A stretch of 64,000 bases of DNA from Camelus dromedarius (lineage: Eukaryota), in NCBI RefSeq assembly GCF_036321535.1, contig NC_087437.1, forward strand, positions 59,646,001-59,710,000, given 5' to 3'. The notes under the pieces are model-generated. The model saw only the letters and a list, made by a program, of their open reading frames with translations. It made no database searches and was not told the DNA's origin. Within the stretch, counting starts at the first letter, position 1. Every line of letters begins with the position of its first letter. The position numbers were made by a program, and so were the translations under genes. Below are positions 1 to 11,935 of this stretch, in pieces.

Positions 1-128
1 TGGGCATTGCAGACCCAAGAGCAGCTGCAGACACAGGCTCATATATTCTCGTAAGCTTTTCTCCAATAACCTGCACCAGGTGCTCTCAAGAAAGATGGGG
101 CAGGTGGGACCACAGAATGCTCCCTCAG

Positions 129-1475
129 TGGTGCAGTCACGGGGGTAGGAGCCGCTGATGCTTTGGAAAAAACAAAAAGGCCCATCCAGAACCTTCTGCC
201 CTGTGGCCGTATGCCATTGGTGAAGAAGGGTAAATCTTGTCACCCCAGGGAACTCATTGTAAGCGGGGGGAGGGTACAAACCTCCACCTCTGAGAGGGGT
301 GGGAAACCATCCTGCATCCAAATGGTTAGAGGTCTTCTGTCCCCAGGGTTGGGGTAGGTGAACTTTCTTTAGTGCAAGAACAGCCTAACATATGTGGCAT
401 GCACTAAAGTGTTGAATCTCTGATTTCAAAATGCCAGAATGGCATTAAAAGGAGCTTGGTCCGAGCTACTCTGTCCACCGCCCAGCAGTATCAACCCTGT
501 GGGCAAAGTGACAGGAAGCTTTGGGGAAAGGTTGTCTCCAAGATGGCCGGAGGAAGCAAAAGTGAGATTCTGCTTCCCGCGGCCTGGAGATGCTCTCTCC
601 TGAAAGGCTGCCCCGTGAGAGCGCCACAGAAAAGTTGACAGCACAGGCTATCTGACTTCCTGGCAATGGGAACCATTATTTAGCCAAATGGCCTCCAGGC
701 TAGTAAGAAATCCTCCCTTCCAACTTGACAGATTGTGTTTGAGAAAGCAAATGGAAAGGCAGACATTTTGCCAGCTTCCCCCCATCTTTTTTGGGAGGGG
801 AGAGGAGAGAACATGAGAGTTTTGTTGACAAGTGCCTTGGGACAGGATAAAACTTGTCAGCGCTGAAACACTCAAGTAACCCAAAGGCTATCTCTCCATA
901 AGAGAGCATTTCTTACCATCAAATCTCAAGTCATAGCTTTGATTTAACAAAAGTTTTAACCTTATGGAAAATTAATTTTAAATAGTTGCTTAAAATTCTT
1001 TCCCTTGTTTTAAATAAAATCATGTTAACTTCTTTTCCAGCGAAACAGTAATTTCTTGCTCCAGTTTTTTAAAAAAACCTTTTGGGAGCTCTGTGCTTGT
1101 AAACTAAATATTAGGCCAATGTCTTATGATCTCACCTGGAGATGATATGAATCAGGAAATAAAACAAATTACTCTCCCAATGAGAATAACAGGAACCCTT
1201 CGGGCCTTCATACTGGAACTATGCAAACAAACCAGCAAGGACTAAATGTGTAGACCAGCAGCAGATTATTGATTAAACCAGATTTCTATCATTTGATGAT
1301 ATTTTTCCCCGAATTTTCTTATTTGCATAGACCCAACCTCAGCATTTTACATGAACTCAGAGCCAACCGTGAATCTTCAAACCCCTAGTAATAATTCCCA
1401 ATAGATTTCTTCCACAGAAGAAAACCCGACACTCTTAACTTCGTTGAAGCTGAGCGTAACACTTAAGGACTAACA
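129..1475 (-). mobile_element. Long ancient ERV1-type LTR (LTR78-like)
   Basis: The minus strand starts at 1475 with TGTTAG...GTTAAGAGTGTCGGGTTTTCTTCTGTGGAAGAAATCTATTGGGAATTATTACTAGGGGTTTGAAGATTCAC, resembling the LTR78 5' end as I recall it. The left boundary is inferred from a terminal CA. No coherent ORF. Confidence 0.55.
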
Positions 1476-1489
1476 GAGGGAGCTGGGAA

Positions 1490-1690
1490 GTTGGACTTGG
1501 AATTCAGACAGGCATGCATGGATTCAAGTCCTGGCTCAGCCATTAATCAGTGGCTGTGACTTTGGACAAAGTATTTCACCTCTCTGAATCTTGGTGACTT
1601 CATCTATTAAACGAATGATTCTCATCTTACAATTGCCTAAGAGCAGCTAAATGAGATCATAAAGCTGCAAGCATTCATCAGCGGTCCTGG
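1490..1690 (+). mobile_element. MIR SINE, 5' part (interrupted by an LTR)
   Basis: MIR core: GGATTCAAGTCCTGGCTCAGCC...TGTGACTTTGGACAAAGTATTTCACCTCTCTGAATCTTGGTGACTTCATCTATTAAA. Confidence 0.85.
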
Positions 1691-2246
1691 TGTTAGGTAC
1701 TTAGATAAGTGGGGGCACCAGGCAGACAGGTGGAGGAGCAGGAGGATGGTTGGGAAGATGGCCACCTCCAGCATAAAGGGGCTTTACTTCCTCTAAATGA
1801 GCACCAGTAAGAAACCGGTTAGAACCTGACAGCTGCAGCTGCGCAGTAGTGAGAAGGACCTAACCGGACATGACCCGGTGCTCATTGTAATATAATTAGC
1901 GCTGTGATTTAGGCCCCCCAGGGGTTTTTCTGTGTGCATCATGGGTAAGGACATGCCCAAAGAGGACAAGCATGACCAGGCATTCCAGGGGCAGAGCCGT
2001 CAATCAATCAGAAGACTACCTCTAAGCGAGGGTATAAGATAGGGGACCAAACAGAGACCACTGCTTTTCCTCCCTGGGCTCAGCCCACCTCCTGTTCTTG
2101 GAGGTATACTTGCCCTTTGCTACATAAATACTTACATAATAATAAATAATAAATAAATCGCTATGCAACACTCCATCTCCCACCTGAAATTGTCCTTCGA
2201 GTAAGACAAGAACTGAGGTCTTTTCCCTTCCCCTTTTGGGGTAACA
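1691..2246 (+). mobile_element. Solo ERV1-class LTR (556 bp)
   Basis: TGTTA...TAACA termini; 4-bp flanks CTGG/ATGG (degenerate TSD); TATA-like GGTATAAGA near 2031; several AATAAA at about 2140-2157; U5-like GAAATTGTCC...AAGACAAGAAC. Confidence 0.8.
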
Positions 2247-2286
2247 ATGGAATGCAATAAGGGCCCAACCACTGTTAGCTATCATT
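2247..2286 (+). mobile_element. MIR 3' tail (continuation after the LTR)
   Basis: AATGCAATAAGGGCCCAACCACTGTTAGCTATCATT resembles the MIR 3' end (...TAAGCGCTCAATAAATGTTAGCTATTATT). Confidence 0.65.
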
Positions 2287-2494
2287 GTAAGGAGAGGAAG
2301 ACTCTGCCACCAATGATCCCTCCTAGGGAGGCACTTCCATCTCTAAAATAAGGCAGACAGACCAGGTCATCAGCAAGGGCCCCTCAGAGCTGACACCTGC
2401 GGGCTTATTGCTAAGTTTGGCTTGGGACCACTAACAGGTGGTCCTTGTTCCTGAGTTCTGATCTCCATGGTAGGGGGTTTCTGCTGGAGCAATT

Positions 2495-2625
2495 AGGGTC
2501 TCGCTGTGAAACACTAAAGAGCTGCCCTCTCCAATGGAGCTGGCCTGGAGATGTAGTAAGTTCTCCATCAGTGAAGGCCTCCGAGGAAAAGCTGGACCAC
2601 CACTTGCTGGGAAGAGGATAGAAGA
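2495..2625 (+). mobile_element. L3/CR1 LINE 3' fragment
   Basis: GTAGTAAGTTCTCCATCAGTGAAGGCCTCCGAGGAAAAGCTGGACCACCAC resembles the CR1/L3 3' region. Confidence 0.6.
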
Positions 2626-2980
2626 GGGAAAACGAACTCCATGAAGTTTGGGGTCACCTCAGACCGCAAACTCCAAGCTCCCATAATTCTAAGAAAACCA
2701 GGATGTCACATGCTCTAAACTCTCCAGGCATCAGTCTTCGCCATTTGAACCAAGTGGTCATCTAGAGAAGCTGTGAGTCGATCAGCCTGTGTCTGTTTGT
2801 CCATTCAGGCTAAGAAAACATTTCTACCAACCAAAACCAGATCTGAGTCTCCCCGGCAAGAGAATGGTGCAGGACTAGGTCAGATGCTTTTCCGAATGAA
2901 CCACTGTCTAACGCTGGTGCACCTGGCTGCCTCACCCAGGAATTCAAAATAGAATTCCAGGCCTGGGATAGAGACATTGG

Positions 2981-3023
2981 AAAAAGAAAGAAGAAGAAGA
3001 AAAAAAAAAACACACACAAAAAA
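2981..3023. repeat. A-rich/(GAA)n/(CA)n simple repeat
   Basis: AAAAAGAAAGAAGAAGAAGAAAAAAAAAAACACACACAAAAAA seen directly. Confidence 0.9.
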
Positions 3024-3589
3024 CTGGCAGCTGGTTTTGGTAGTAAGAAGTGGAGTAAAGCAGTGAGGTGCCAAGTAAAAGCTACAGGGGGCTGGGTGTT
3101 TGAACCACGAGAGTGATTCTCTCTCCACGGAAATGCTAATGAAATTTGATCTTCCTTATTTTATTGCCTCATTTGGTTTCTTATAAGTGATTAAACACTG
3201 AGTCCTGGGAGACAAGGAAGAAGGCCCACTGACATCATCGGTCGGAACAAGCCAAGGCCTCATTTATCAGTGTGCCAGTGCCAAGGCCCTGACTCTGACA
3301 ATGGCCCTGCCATCAAATTTCACATTATCACTGTGGCCACTGGGAAAATCTCAGCACCGGGGTCTGGTACCGCCCCGGCTCACAATGTATTTATGCAAAT
3401 GATTTCTGTCTCTTACTCCTCCTCCAAGGTCCCTTAATGAATTCTCACTGCAGTTACTTACCAATATCACCTCCTTTCCGCTGATGAGGAAGCAGGCCCA
3501 GGAGGGGAAGGTGACTTGTTCAGGGTTGCACAGGCGTTTTTCCAGCTGATGTCAGTGGAGTTTTGAATATTGAGCAGAAACAGCAGAAT

Positions 3590-3790
3590 GAATACCAACT
3601 TTGGAATTGTTGTTCCTAGGTTCAAACCCTACTTATGAACTGTGTGATCTTAGACAAATAACTTACCCTCTCTGGGCCTCTAATTTCCTAATGATTAAAT
3701 GGGAGTGAAAAGAGAAACTCATTCACAGTATTATTGAGAGGATTAAAATAATTTGATGATGTGCAGAGCTTCAAACAGGGCATGGGCATG
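3590..3790 (+). mobile_element. MIR SINE
   Basis: TGTGTGATCTTAGACAAATAACTTACCCTCTCTGGGCCTCTAATTTCC...TTATTGAGAGGATTAAA. Confidence 0.85.
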
Positions 3791-5699
3791 GAAGGCTGTC
3801 AGTATCATGGGTGCCCACATCACTCAGATGCCCTTGCTGTCAGCAGGGAAAAGAGTGACTTTAGAAGTGGAAGGGATGAAGAGCCCTGCCCCCCAGCTTT
3901 CTGCCTCATCCTCCTGGCCAGTTGCTCCCCCTCCTCACTGATTTCCCTGCTCCCTCATCAAACTTCAGGAGAGTTGTTTGAGGTCCAGTATCTGCCCACA
4001 ATGGGGTTGTTTCAAGGCAAACAGGGAAGCTGAAGGCGGGAGCTTAGAGTTGCTAGTCCCGTGGGAGAAGTAACAGTGAAAAGACTTCCTACACTGCCTA
4101 CCCTCCTGACAAATGCCCTTGGCTTCTCCAGCCACTGCCTCTGCCAAGAGCCAGCCTTAGTCTGGGTGATACATTTTCCCTGAAAAATGACCTAAGCACA
4201 GCCTTTCCAGGGATTAATAATGACTGCTGGGAGGGCTGACAGCCCAGCAAGAGTTGTGCATCATCCCAGGCTCTGCTCTCCTACAGGCGGGAAGTTCTCT
4301 GTCTTCTCCGGGAGAGGAGTGGGACTACAAGACTGTGGGGCAGCACTTCTGTAACTGTCCTAAGCAGGCTTCCGGAATGTCAGCGGGCTGTCTGGGCCAC
4401 TTGGGCCCCAGTGCTCACCCCAGTGATAGCTGGTGGTCAGCATGGCCCAGACGCTGTGCTGGTACTGGGTGCCGGGGAGGTAGAGGGAGAGGCAAGATGC
4501 GTGATGACACAGGCTTTCTCTTCTCCGAGATCGATCCAGAGGGGCTGATCAGATAAGTGCATAAGTAGCCATGAGACAGGCCAGAGAGCAAGAAATGCTA
4601 CTTAAGAGCTGACAAGGGGGACACACCCCTCCTATCTGTAGAGATCCCAGGAGGTCTTAGAGAGAAAGCGGAATTGGGTGTGGCAGAAATGGATCATGCT
4701 GGGATGGAATGGAAAAGTTCTCCAAGTTTCAGGAGCAAAGGGGCAGGAATATGTTGCAAAGGAGCGCGTGGCCTAGCTTGGCTGGGGTGTAGGTGCCTGC
4801 AGGGTGTTTGTGAGAGATGGCATTCAATAACAGCAAAGTTGGAACACTAGGCTGAACCATGGGGCTCTCCAGTAGGTCACAGAGAGAGTCTGGAAGGTTG
4901 GGCTGCCCTGGATTGGAGGAGTGCAGGTCATCTGTTGGATCCTGGTGAATTCAAGTACCATCCCCTTGTCTTGGTCATGGGTTCCTGGGTGCTGGTCAGG
5001 TGACGTTGGCCAAGCACCCTGATAGCAGTGGGAGACAACAGGCCTGCAGGACCCAGGAAGTCTTGCATGAGCTGCAGGGTATGTACTCCTTCCCGCCTCC
5101 CATCACAATGCCTCCCCCACCCCATGTACCCCAGGGCCAGCCCAGGCTCCGCATGGTTAGGAGCAGCTGCACATGGTGGTATCCTCAGAGGACCCGGAGC
5201 AGGAAGAAAGGGAGAACCAGCTCCAACCTGCTCCCTTCCTTCTACAGTCAAGGGAGATGTGCTTTTTCACTCGACCCCCACCAAACTGATTGGCTCATGC
5301 AGGCCTCTGGGGCAGACAGCAGCCTGTGTCCTTGGCTACCAGATGCAAGTGTTGCGTCACAGGAGGGTTCTCATCTGTAGTGGGACCAGACCAACTCCGG
5401 TGCCTCTCTGACAATTCTGGGACTCTGGCGCTCTGCCTCTGAGCCCCCGGGGGAGGCACGTGCCCACTGGGGGGTGGGGGTCACAGGATCCGCTCACAGC
5501 AGAAGCTGCTCTGGGCTTGATTAAGCACGGCCTTTTCCCCCCTGGAAGAGAACGCGGGCCTGTCAGGTCCTGCTCCCAGTCTTGGGTGTGGCATTTTCAC
5601 CATTTGCAGAAGAGGCAGAGAACGCCTGGCTCCTTGATTCCCCAGTGGGCATTTCAGGATCGCAGGGTCGGGGGTAAGACAAGAGCTAGAGAAGGGAAG

Positions 5700-5880
5700 A
5701 CGAAGAGGAAGAGTCAAGCAGAATAGAGGGGGAGGCGTCTGAGCGACTCCACGCCCAAGGCTGGAGGCCCAGGGAGCGGGGCGCTGCAGGGCTCTCGGGA
5801 GGCAGGAGACCGGGCGGGGGGCCTGGGGGGCGAGGAGGAGGGGGTGCGCTCAGGCCACGGGGCTGGCACAGGGTCTGTGC
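5700..5880. promoter_or_regulatory. Short GC/CpG-rich patch with SP/KLF boxes and a G-quadruplex-type G-tract array
   Basis: CCACGCCC, GGGCGGGG and G-tracts at 5812-5844; locally elevated CpG. Function is inferred only. Confidence 0.35.
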
Positions 5881-6769
5881 TTCAACCTTCTGGAATCCCA
5901 ACAAGGCTGGGGTATATACTTGAGGAGCAGCACTGGGCTGAAAGGATGGTGGGGACCCAGCCTGAGGTCTGGCTGAAAAGTCTCTTTCACTCATTTCTCT
6001 TCTCTGCCTCCGTCTCTCCCTCACTTTCCATAATTTCTCATTCCTCTATCTTGTCACGTGTCTTTTGGCTTTTCTAGTCTCTCGCATCAATCACCTATTC
6101 TATTTATTCCAACCTCATCTATAACTTTTAGGTATCCCCTTTTCTCTCCTGACATCCATCTCTATATGTGGGTCTATGGTGCTGAAAATGGAACAGACAA
6201 CAAATTGCCTCAATTCAGAGCAGTGGCCTTCTGCCGAGTTTCTTCTTGGCCTCTGAGGTGACCTCTAACAGGTCCTGTATCCTGTCTATTTGTATTGTCT
6301 TGGTTCACCATCCCAGTGGTGTTTAATTTTTCATGATGAATTTGCCTTGTCTCCTCAGTTTTCTTGCCAAGCGTCCTAAGGAACAGGCCCGCAGCCTCTG
6401 GAGCCCACTCTTCCCCGGAGCCCCAGTGCTAGGCCTGTGTGCTCAGAAAATGCATGTGGAGAGGCAGCTCTCTCCTCCCACTCCTCCCCCTACTCCCACA
6501 GGCTTCCAGCCTTCAGCCCTCAGTGGAATCCCTTCAGCTCGGATGATGGCCCAGCCAAAGGCAGCTTGAGCAGGCTTTATCCCCTAACTATCTCCATTGT
6601 CTACCTCAAATAAATATACACTAAATGAAAAGGACACGCATTTAGCAAATATCAGCTCAAGACAAATCACCAGACATTCACACCCTCTCCACTGGTTTTT
6701 CACCCCAAGACTTTCCTACATAGACATTCTGCTCTAGGAAGAGCTTCCCCTCCATTCTCCAATTAGTCA

Positions 6770-7010
6770 CACTATTTATGTATTCACCAAAAACATTTTC
6801 TGAGCAATGATTACATGGCAGGTACTTAGCTAAGAGCTGATGTCACACTGAAGATGACCATATAGGCCTTGTCCTTGAGGAACGGATGGGCCAGCAAAGG
6901 AGAGTGACAGGTGTACAAATACAATTCAATAGACATTCACTTAAGCATACGTTTTAGTGAGCACACACTGTATGTCCAGGGCTGTTCCAGGTGCCGGGGC
7001 CATCGCAGGA
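6770..7010 (-). mobile_element. L2 LINE 3'-end fragments
   Basis: TATTCACCAAAAACATTTTCTGAGC... and CATTCACTTAAGCATACGTTTTAGTGAGCACACACTGTATGTCCAGG resemble antisense L2 tails. Confidence 0.6.
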
Positions 7011-7447
7011 AAAAACAGAATAGTACATTAATAGTAAAGAACCCTGATAGAAGTGCTTACCATAGACACCCATTGATGCAGGTTAGCTGTCCAAGGATGG
7101 GAGTGCCCTCGTGCCTGGTGCCTGTGGAGAGGAGGGGAAAGACCTACTGGGCAGAGGAGAAGTCCAGCTACAAAGCAGACCCAACAACAGCATCGGCCAA
7201 CCCTGCGGGGATCTGGAGCTAAAGTTCCCACACCAGAGCTGTCCTTTTTTAGGTCGGAATAACCCACCATTGTACTCCTACCTTGATCAGTCATTGGATG
7301 TGGGCCAACTCAGGAAGGACGTGACCTTGGGCATGGTGGCTCTTTGCAGCTTGGGTGATTCCCAAAGGGGCTGCCAGTTGAAGACTGGGAGTAGCTAGCC
7401 CTGCCTGAGGCTGGGGCAACAAAGTCTTCATTAAAGGGAGAACTGGG

Positions 7448-7929
7448 TGTGTACCTCTGTGTCCATCACACCCACAGCATGGGGGAATGGAAGGAACCTG
7501 TAGAGAATGTTCCTGGGACCAATATCTGTCTCCCTTTCTTCCTGGACTACCAGTAGACCCAGTATCCAAGAGCTCTTGTGTCTAGTGGAGCCATGTAACT
7601 AGTTCTTGCCAAAGGACAAGCACTCGCAGGCTCACCCTAAAATCTTCCCATGAGCTTCTTCATGATTGCTCTTCCCTCACCTGCCAACTAGCCTCCAGAA
7701 TCCTGTGAAGGGGTCCAGGGCACTAACACATACCTGAGCCACACAGTGGAAGGAACCTGGGTCCCTGAGTGGCAACGTGGACCAGAGCTCTCTCCCCTCC
7801 CACACCCACTGCCCACCTCAAGTCAACATTGTTCTGGGAACAAACTTTTACTTTGTATCAATTGTGATGTTCACTGAGATTTGACTGCTTTTTTTTTTTT
7901 TCAGCAATTAGCATCTGTCAAATAATACA
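7448..7929 (+). mobile_element. MaLR LTR (old MLT1, MLT1J-like)
   Basis: GAGCCATGTAACTAGTTCTTGCCAA; GGAAGGAACCTGGGTCCCTGAG; ends TAATACA. Confidence 0.7.
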
Positions 7930-8420
7930 AGTTTCTTGAAGTGGTGCACTTGGTAAGGAATACTAAAAAAGGAGATCTTGGCTGAAGAGGGAGGAAAGAG
8001 CTGTGGCAGGTTAGGTAACTAGAGATCCTTATGTTTAGACCAAACATTGGGTAAAAACTGTTGCCTATGGTAACTTAGAAGTCAAAAACACGTTCTTACG
8101 GGGAAGAGGATGGAAATGAGACTATCCATGCTGTGAGCTGATTGTCATGGGCTGCTTTCAGCAAGATAGCACAAGAAAAAATGAGCTCAGGAAAGAACTG
8201 GCCAGTGTGCAAGATGAAATGGAATGGAGTAGGGAGGGTCAGGAACTCAGGGCCTTTCAGCAACGGGGAAAAACCTCTTCATGAGGAATGGGTTAATTAA
8301 CGTGAAAGGTGATTTGGGCTCAGGCATGTGAGAACAGCCTTTCTGCTCTGCACCTGAAAACCAGAAGCCTCAGGGCAGTGGGTTTGCAGTGTCCTCCATG
8401 TGAACGTGTGTGGCCTGCAG
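7930..8420 (+). mobile_element. MaLR internal (MLT1-int) fragment
   Basis: Directly follows the LTR; GCTGCTTTCAGCAAG...ATGAGCTCAGGAAAGAACTGGCCAGTGTGCAAG is typical of MLT-int. Confidence 0.55.
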
Positions 8421-8784
8421 TGGTGGCTGGGCTTTCTCTAGACTCTCTCTTTCTCTCTCTCAGATTGTTTGGCTTGGATTCTCACGACTCTCACAACCGA
8501 TGTCCCCCCTGATTCTCAGGGCAGCCCAGAGAGCTGCACAGGGGGAGCGTGAGCTACGTAATGTCAGATGTGGAAGGGAGCAGAGGCCAGCCTCTGACCT
8601 TCATCACAGGGAGAGGAATCAGAACCCAGGTCTCCTGACTCCAGTCCAGTCTCCTCTCCCTCTGACCAGTTTTGACCATGTCCTTCCCTGCCTGACAGCC
8701 TCTCCCAGCTCCCTAATGCCTAGGGCCCAAATCCCCCAAAGTACGAGTTGTGTGCGTACTGTGCGTGACCCCCTCCCTCCTAGT

Positions 8785-9030
8785 TATTCATTAGTTAATC
8801 CATCCAGTCATTCAGAGATAGGTCTGGAGTCTCCTGGAAGGAGATGGGGTACATTGGAGGCCGGGGAGCGATTAGATAAGATCAAGCTGGATGGTGGATT
8901 AGGAGCTGGAGGGGTTGCAAAGAGAACTGTGAGCCCAGTCTGGAGGCAAGGAGACCAGTTAGGAGGGTGTTCTCAATCCAGAGGAGGAAAAATGAGGGAC
9001 TAAACTCAGGTGGTAGCAGAGTGGTCAGTG
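8785..9030 (-). mobile_element. L2 fragment
   Basis: TGGAGGCAAGGAGACCAGTTAGGAGGGTGTT...ATCCAGAGGAGGAAAAATGAGGGACTAAACTCAGGTGGTAGCAG. Confidence 0.65.
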
Positions 9031-11654
9031 GTCAGCGTTGTTGTAGAGGCAGCCTGGGTCAAATGAGCCAAATCCCGTGTTTTTCAGCCCCCAGTGCTAG
9101 AATCAGATGCTTCCCCCAGCTCTCCTTTCCCTTCACCCCACCCCCACCCCCCATACAGGTTCTGCAGTTCTGCTCGGGTTGGCACAGCTTCCCTCTGTCT
9201 GAGGACTCACACCCTTTAGTCATCAACCCTTCCTCCCAGGCACTCCACGGCCTCTTGCTGTGGTCCCCATTATTTTAGCAGCAACAATCTTGGGGCTTCT
9301 CCAGGCAATTTGGCGCTAACAGAAAGAGTGCGAATTGCAGGTACATCCCCTACTGTGCCCATCATCCTGTCAGGGCGTTTGTTAAATCTTTCTCAGTAGC
9401 CTAGACAGAAGCGACCTGTTTTGCAGAATCCTGGAATGGGTAGCACTGGTTCCTTTATTCCCCACCCTGCCCTCAATGTTCAGCAATTTCTTGGGGCTTG
9501 AGAGTGTTGACTCTCCATCTTTCCATACAACCCTCAACTTTATTGGGAAATGCCAATTACTGAATTAATAAAAGAGAGGCATGCTAATTCCCAGGGCACT
9601 GCAATGCGAAACGGGGGGTGATATGGAACAGTCCAATCGAAACTGATAAGGAAGGAAAATTTTGGGATGGACAATTAAAAAAACTTTTGCTTTTTTCATC
9701 TTTTGAGATGGGAAAGGAAATTGAATGTGAAAATATTTCAAAACAAGGAGGGCTTCAAAGGGGTGTGATGCCAGAGGGGACATTGCTTGTTACAGAGAAA
9801 TGAATTAAAGACATCGTTTGTGGCTCCCAAATTTGGGACACTGGCCCAGAGGCTGCCTGGTGGCCTTGCTCAGGCTGGCAAGGACTCTGGAAAGGGCAAA
9901 GTCGGTCCTGGGTGGCTTTGTACTTTCAAGGCCCGTCTGGCCCCCCGATGGGGTGACAAAGGGAAGGGAGGAAGAAAGAACCCTTGGTGGGGAGAGGAAT
10001 CTTTAAATGTTGTTATCCCACAGTCAGAGGGAACGAGAGGGTCCCACTTTCACGAGTCGTGCCCATTTCATAAGGTCTGTTTTAAGAGTAAAATCAGAGA
10101 AACTCAGGATTAAAATAAGACAATTGCGCATCCTTGGTCCAATCACAATTCAATGATGTCTGAATCTCTTCCACCTCGTCCTTGATGAGACGCTCTGTAT
10201 TTGGTAGAGCATCTCTGGGAGCAGGTAGCTCACTACCTTCCAAAGCAGCATACGGCATCCTCGGCCACCCTGGGAAAATAAAGAACTTAATAGCGAGTTG
10301 TATGCTGCTTGCTTGTAACTCTGCCCGCCCATCCTGGCTCATTACTACAGAGCCTCAGAGCATTCTGCAGCTGGCTCTTCCCAAGAATGCCCTTCAGGCC
10401 TGGAGGGCAGCTCTCTCATCTTTCCTCACCCACCTCCACCCCCATGCATCCTCAACCTTCCTCAAATGACCTGGTTTCTGGCCCTCACCATCTGGAAGCA
10501 GCCCAGGATTTCACGTCCCTCCTACTTGGTGATGCTCAGAGCCTCACCTGACATCCCTGATGTGGCCCGACCTGCCCAGAAGAGAGCAAGATGCCTCTGT
10601 ACCGTGGGCACCGTTCCTCTTCTGGGCAGCCCAGGGGCTCAGCTGTCTCCTCCCACAGCTGGCTTAGCCTACGTCTGGTCTCCAGGACCATGAACCCTCC
10701 TTGGACATGCTGACCTTCACTCCTGACCCTGGCAGGACTTTGTAGTTCCCCAGGGGGGCATCAGTCATCTTCCAGCCAGAGAGTGCGGAGGAGGGGCCCA
10801 GCTGATGCTTGACCTGCCCAAGGCAAGTTAGTGTTGGAGGAGGAACCAGGAGGGGTGGAGGGCCGCCAGCCCCGGGCTGGGGAGCCGGAGGGAGAGCTTC
10901 ACGGAGGTGCGTGGAGTCCTGCTTAACTGGGAGTCAGGACACCAGGGGTCTGGTCTTGCCAAGCCTCCATCACCTCCTCTTTGAATTCATCCCCCATCCG
11001 TCCTCCCAGCGAGGAGTTAATCCTGCCCCAGCAGCTCCCGTACACTGATGAACTGCCACCACCTCAGCCAGCCCACTGGATGGGGGTGTTGGTCCAGACC
11101 TGCAGATATCTGTGGACAGTTGTGGGGCTTCTTTGTTTCTCTGGCTTCAGGACCTGTCACCATGCCTGGGTCATAGCTGAGCTCCGTGTCTACCATTCCA
11201 TAGAGGTGAGTAGAAGGAACCCTGGGAATCGCCAAGGCTCACATAACCAGCTGAGAGCAGAGCTGGTCTCCTGCCTCACACGGCCTCAAGTCAACTCAAG
11301 TTCAGATGGGTCTACGTTTTCCTGCCTATAGCCCTGGGCTGCACACACAGCAGAACCAGCTCAGTGGAATTGCCCCTCACTTCTCTTTACTGTCAGCCTG
11401 AGCATGTCCTTTTAGCTCTTGTGTAGGCAGATATACTGTGTGGAAGGAGAAAGGGTGGGGCGAGTGAGGACCATCCAGCAGATAACTGAAGTTTTTAGCT
11501 GAAGGTTCACAGTGGCTGCCGCTCACTCATCAGCACCTCACTCCCACTTTTGAGGAGCTGGGAGCCTGAATAACACTAGAAAAGTTAGTTAAATATGCCC
11601 TTTAGTGATAATTATTTTTCCTAACTTCCTTACTGAAACGTTTTGAAAACCATG

Positions 11655-11658
<4 letters not shown>

Positions 11659-11685
<27 letters not shown>
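11659..11685. repeat. (TG)13 microsatellite
   Basis: Seen directly. Confidence 0.95.
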
Positions 11686-11719
11686 CCCCAAACCCCACCA
11701 CACACACTGTGGCGCTGAT

Positions 11720-11935
11720 CACCACTCACTGGGTACCAGGCACCACGCTCCAGGCTTCTCCTGCACTTTGTGCTTCACCTCTCAGCTTACTAGACCCATC
11801 TAACAGATGAGGAAACCAAGGCTCAAGGTTGTTCAGTATCATGGCCAAGGTCGTACGGTCATTGAGTGCAGAGCCAGGATTTAGACCCACGCTTGTCTGA
11901 CTCCAAAGCCTGTGTGGTTCAACACTACCCTATGC
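11720..11935 (-). mobile_element. MIR SINE
   Basis: ACAGATGAGGAAACCAAGGCTC...CCAAGGTC...GCAGAGCCAGGATTTAGACCCAC...TCTGACTCCAAAGCC. Confidence 0.85.

Noticed and set aside
1..700. Cys-containing minus-strand reading frames that might be a retroviral env remnant
   Set aside because: There are stops in the frames examined and no recognisable env motifs; the region is better explained as a long LTR.
8410..9003. Longest ORF in the track (197 aa)
   Set aside because: Non-ATG start, no recognisable domain, and it runs through MIR/L2-derived sequence; a chance ORF in GC-rich DNA.
10094..10342. Minus-strand ORF with a protein-like acidic stretch (ERLIKDEVEEIQTSL)
   Set aside because: No recognisable homology and no supporting neighbouring exons; it would need BLASTX or RNA-seq evidence.
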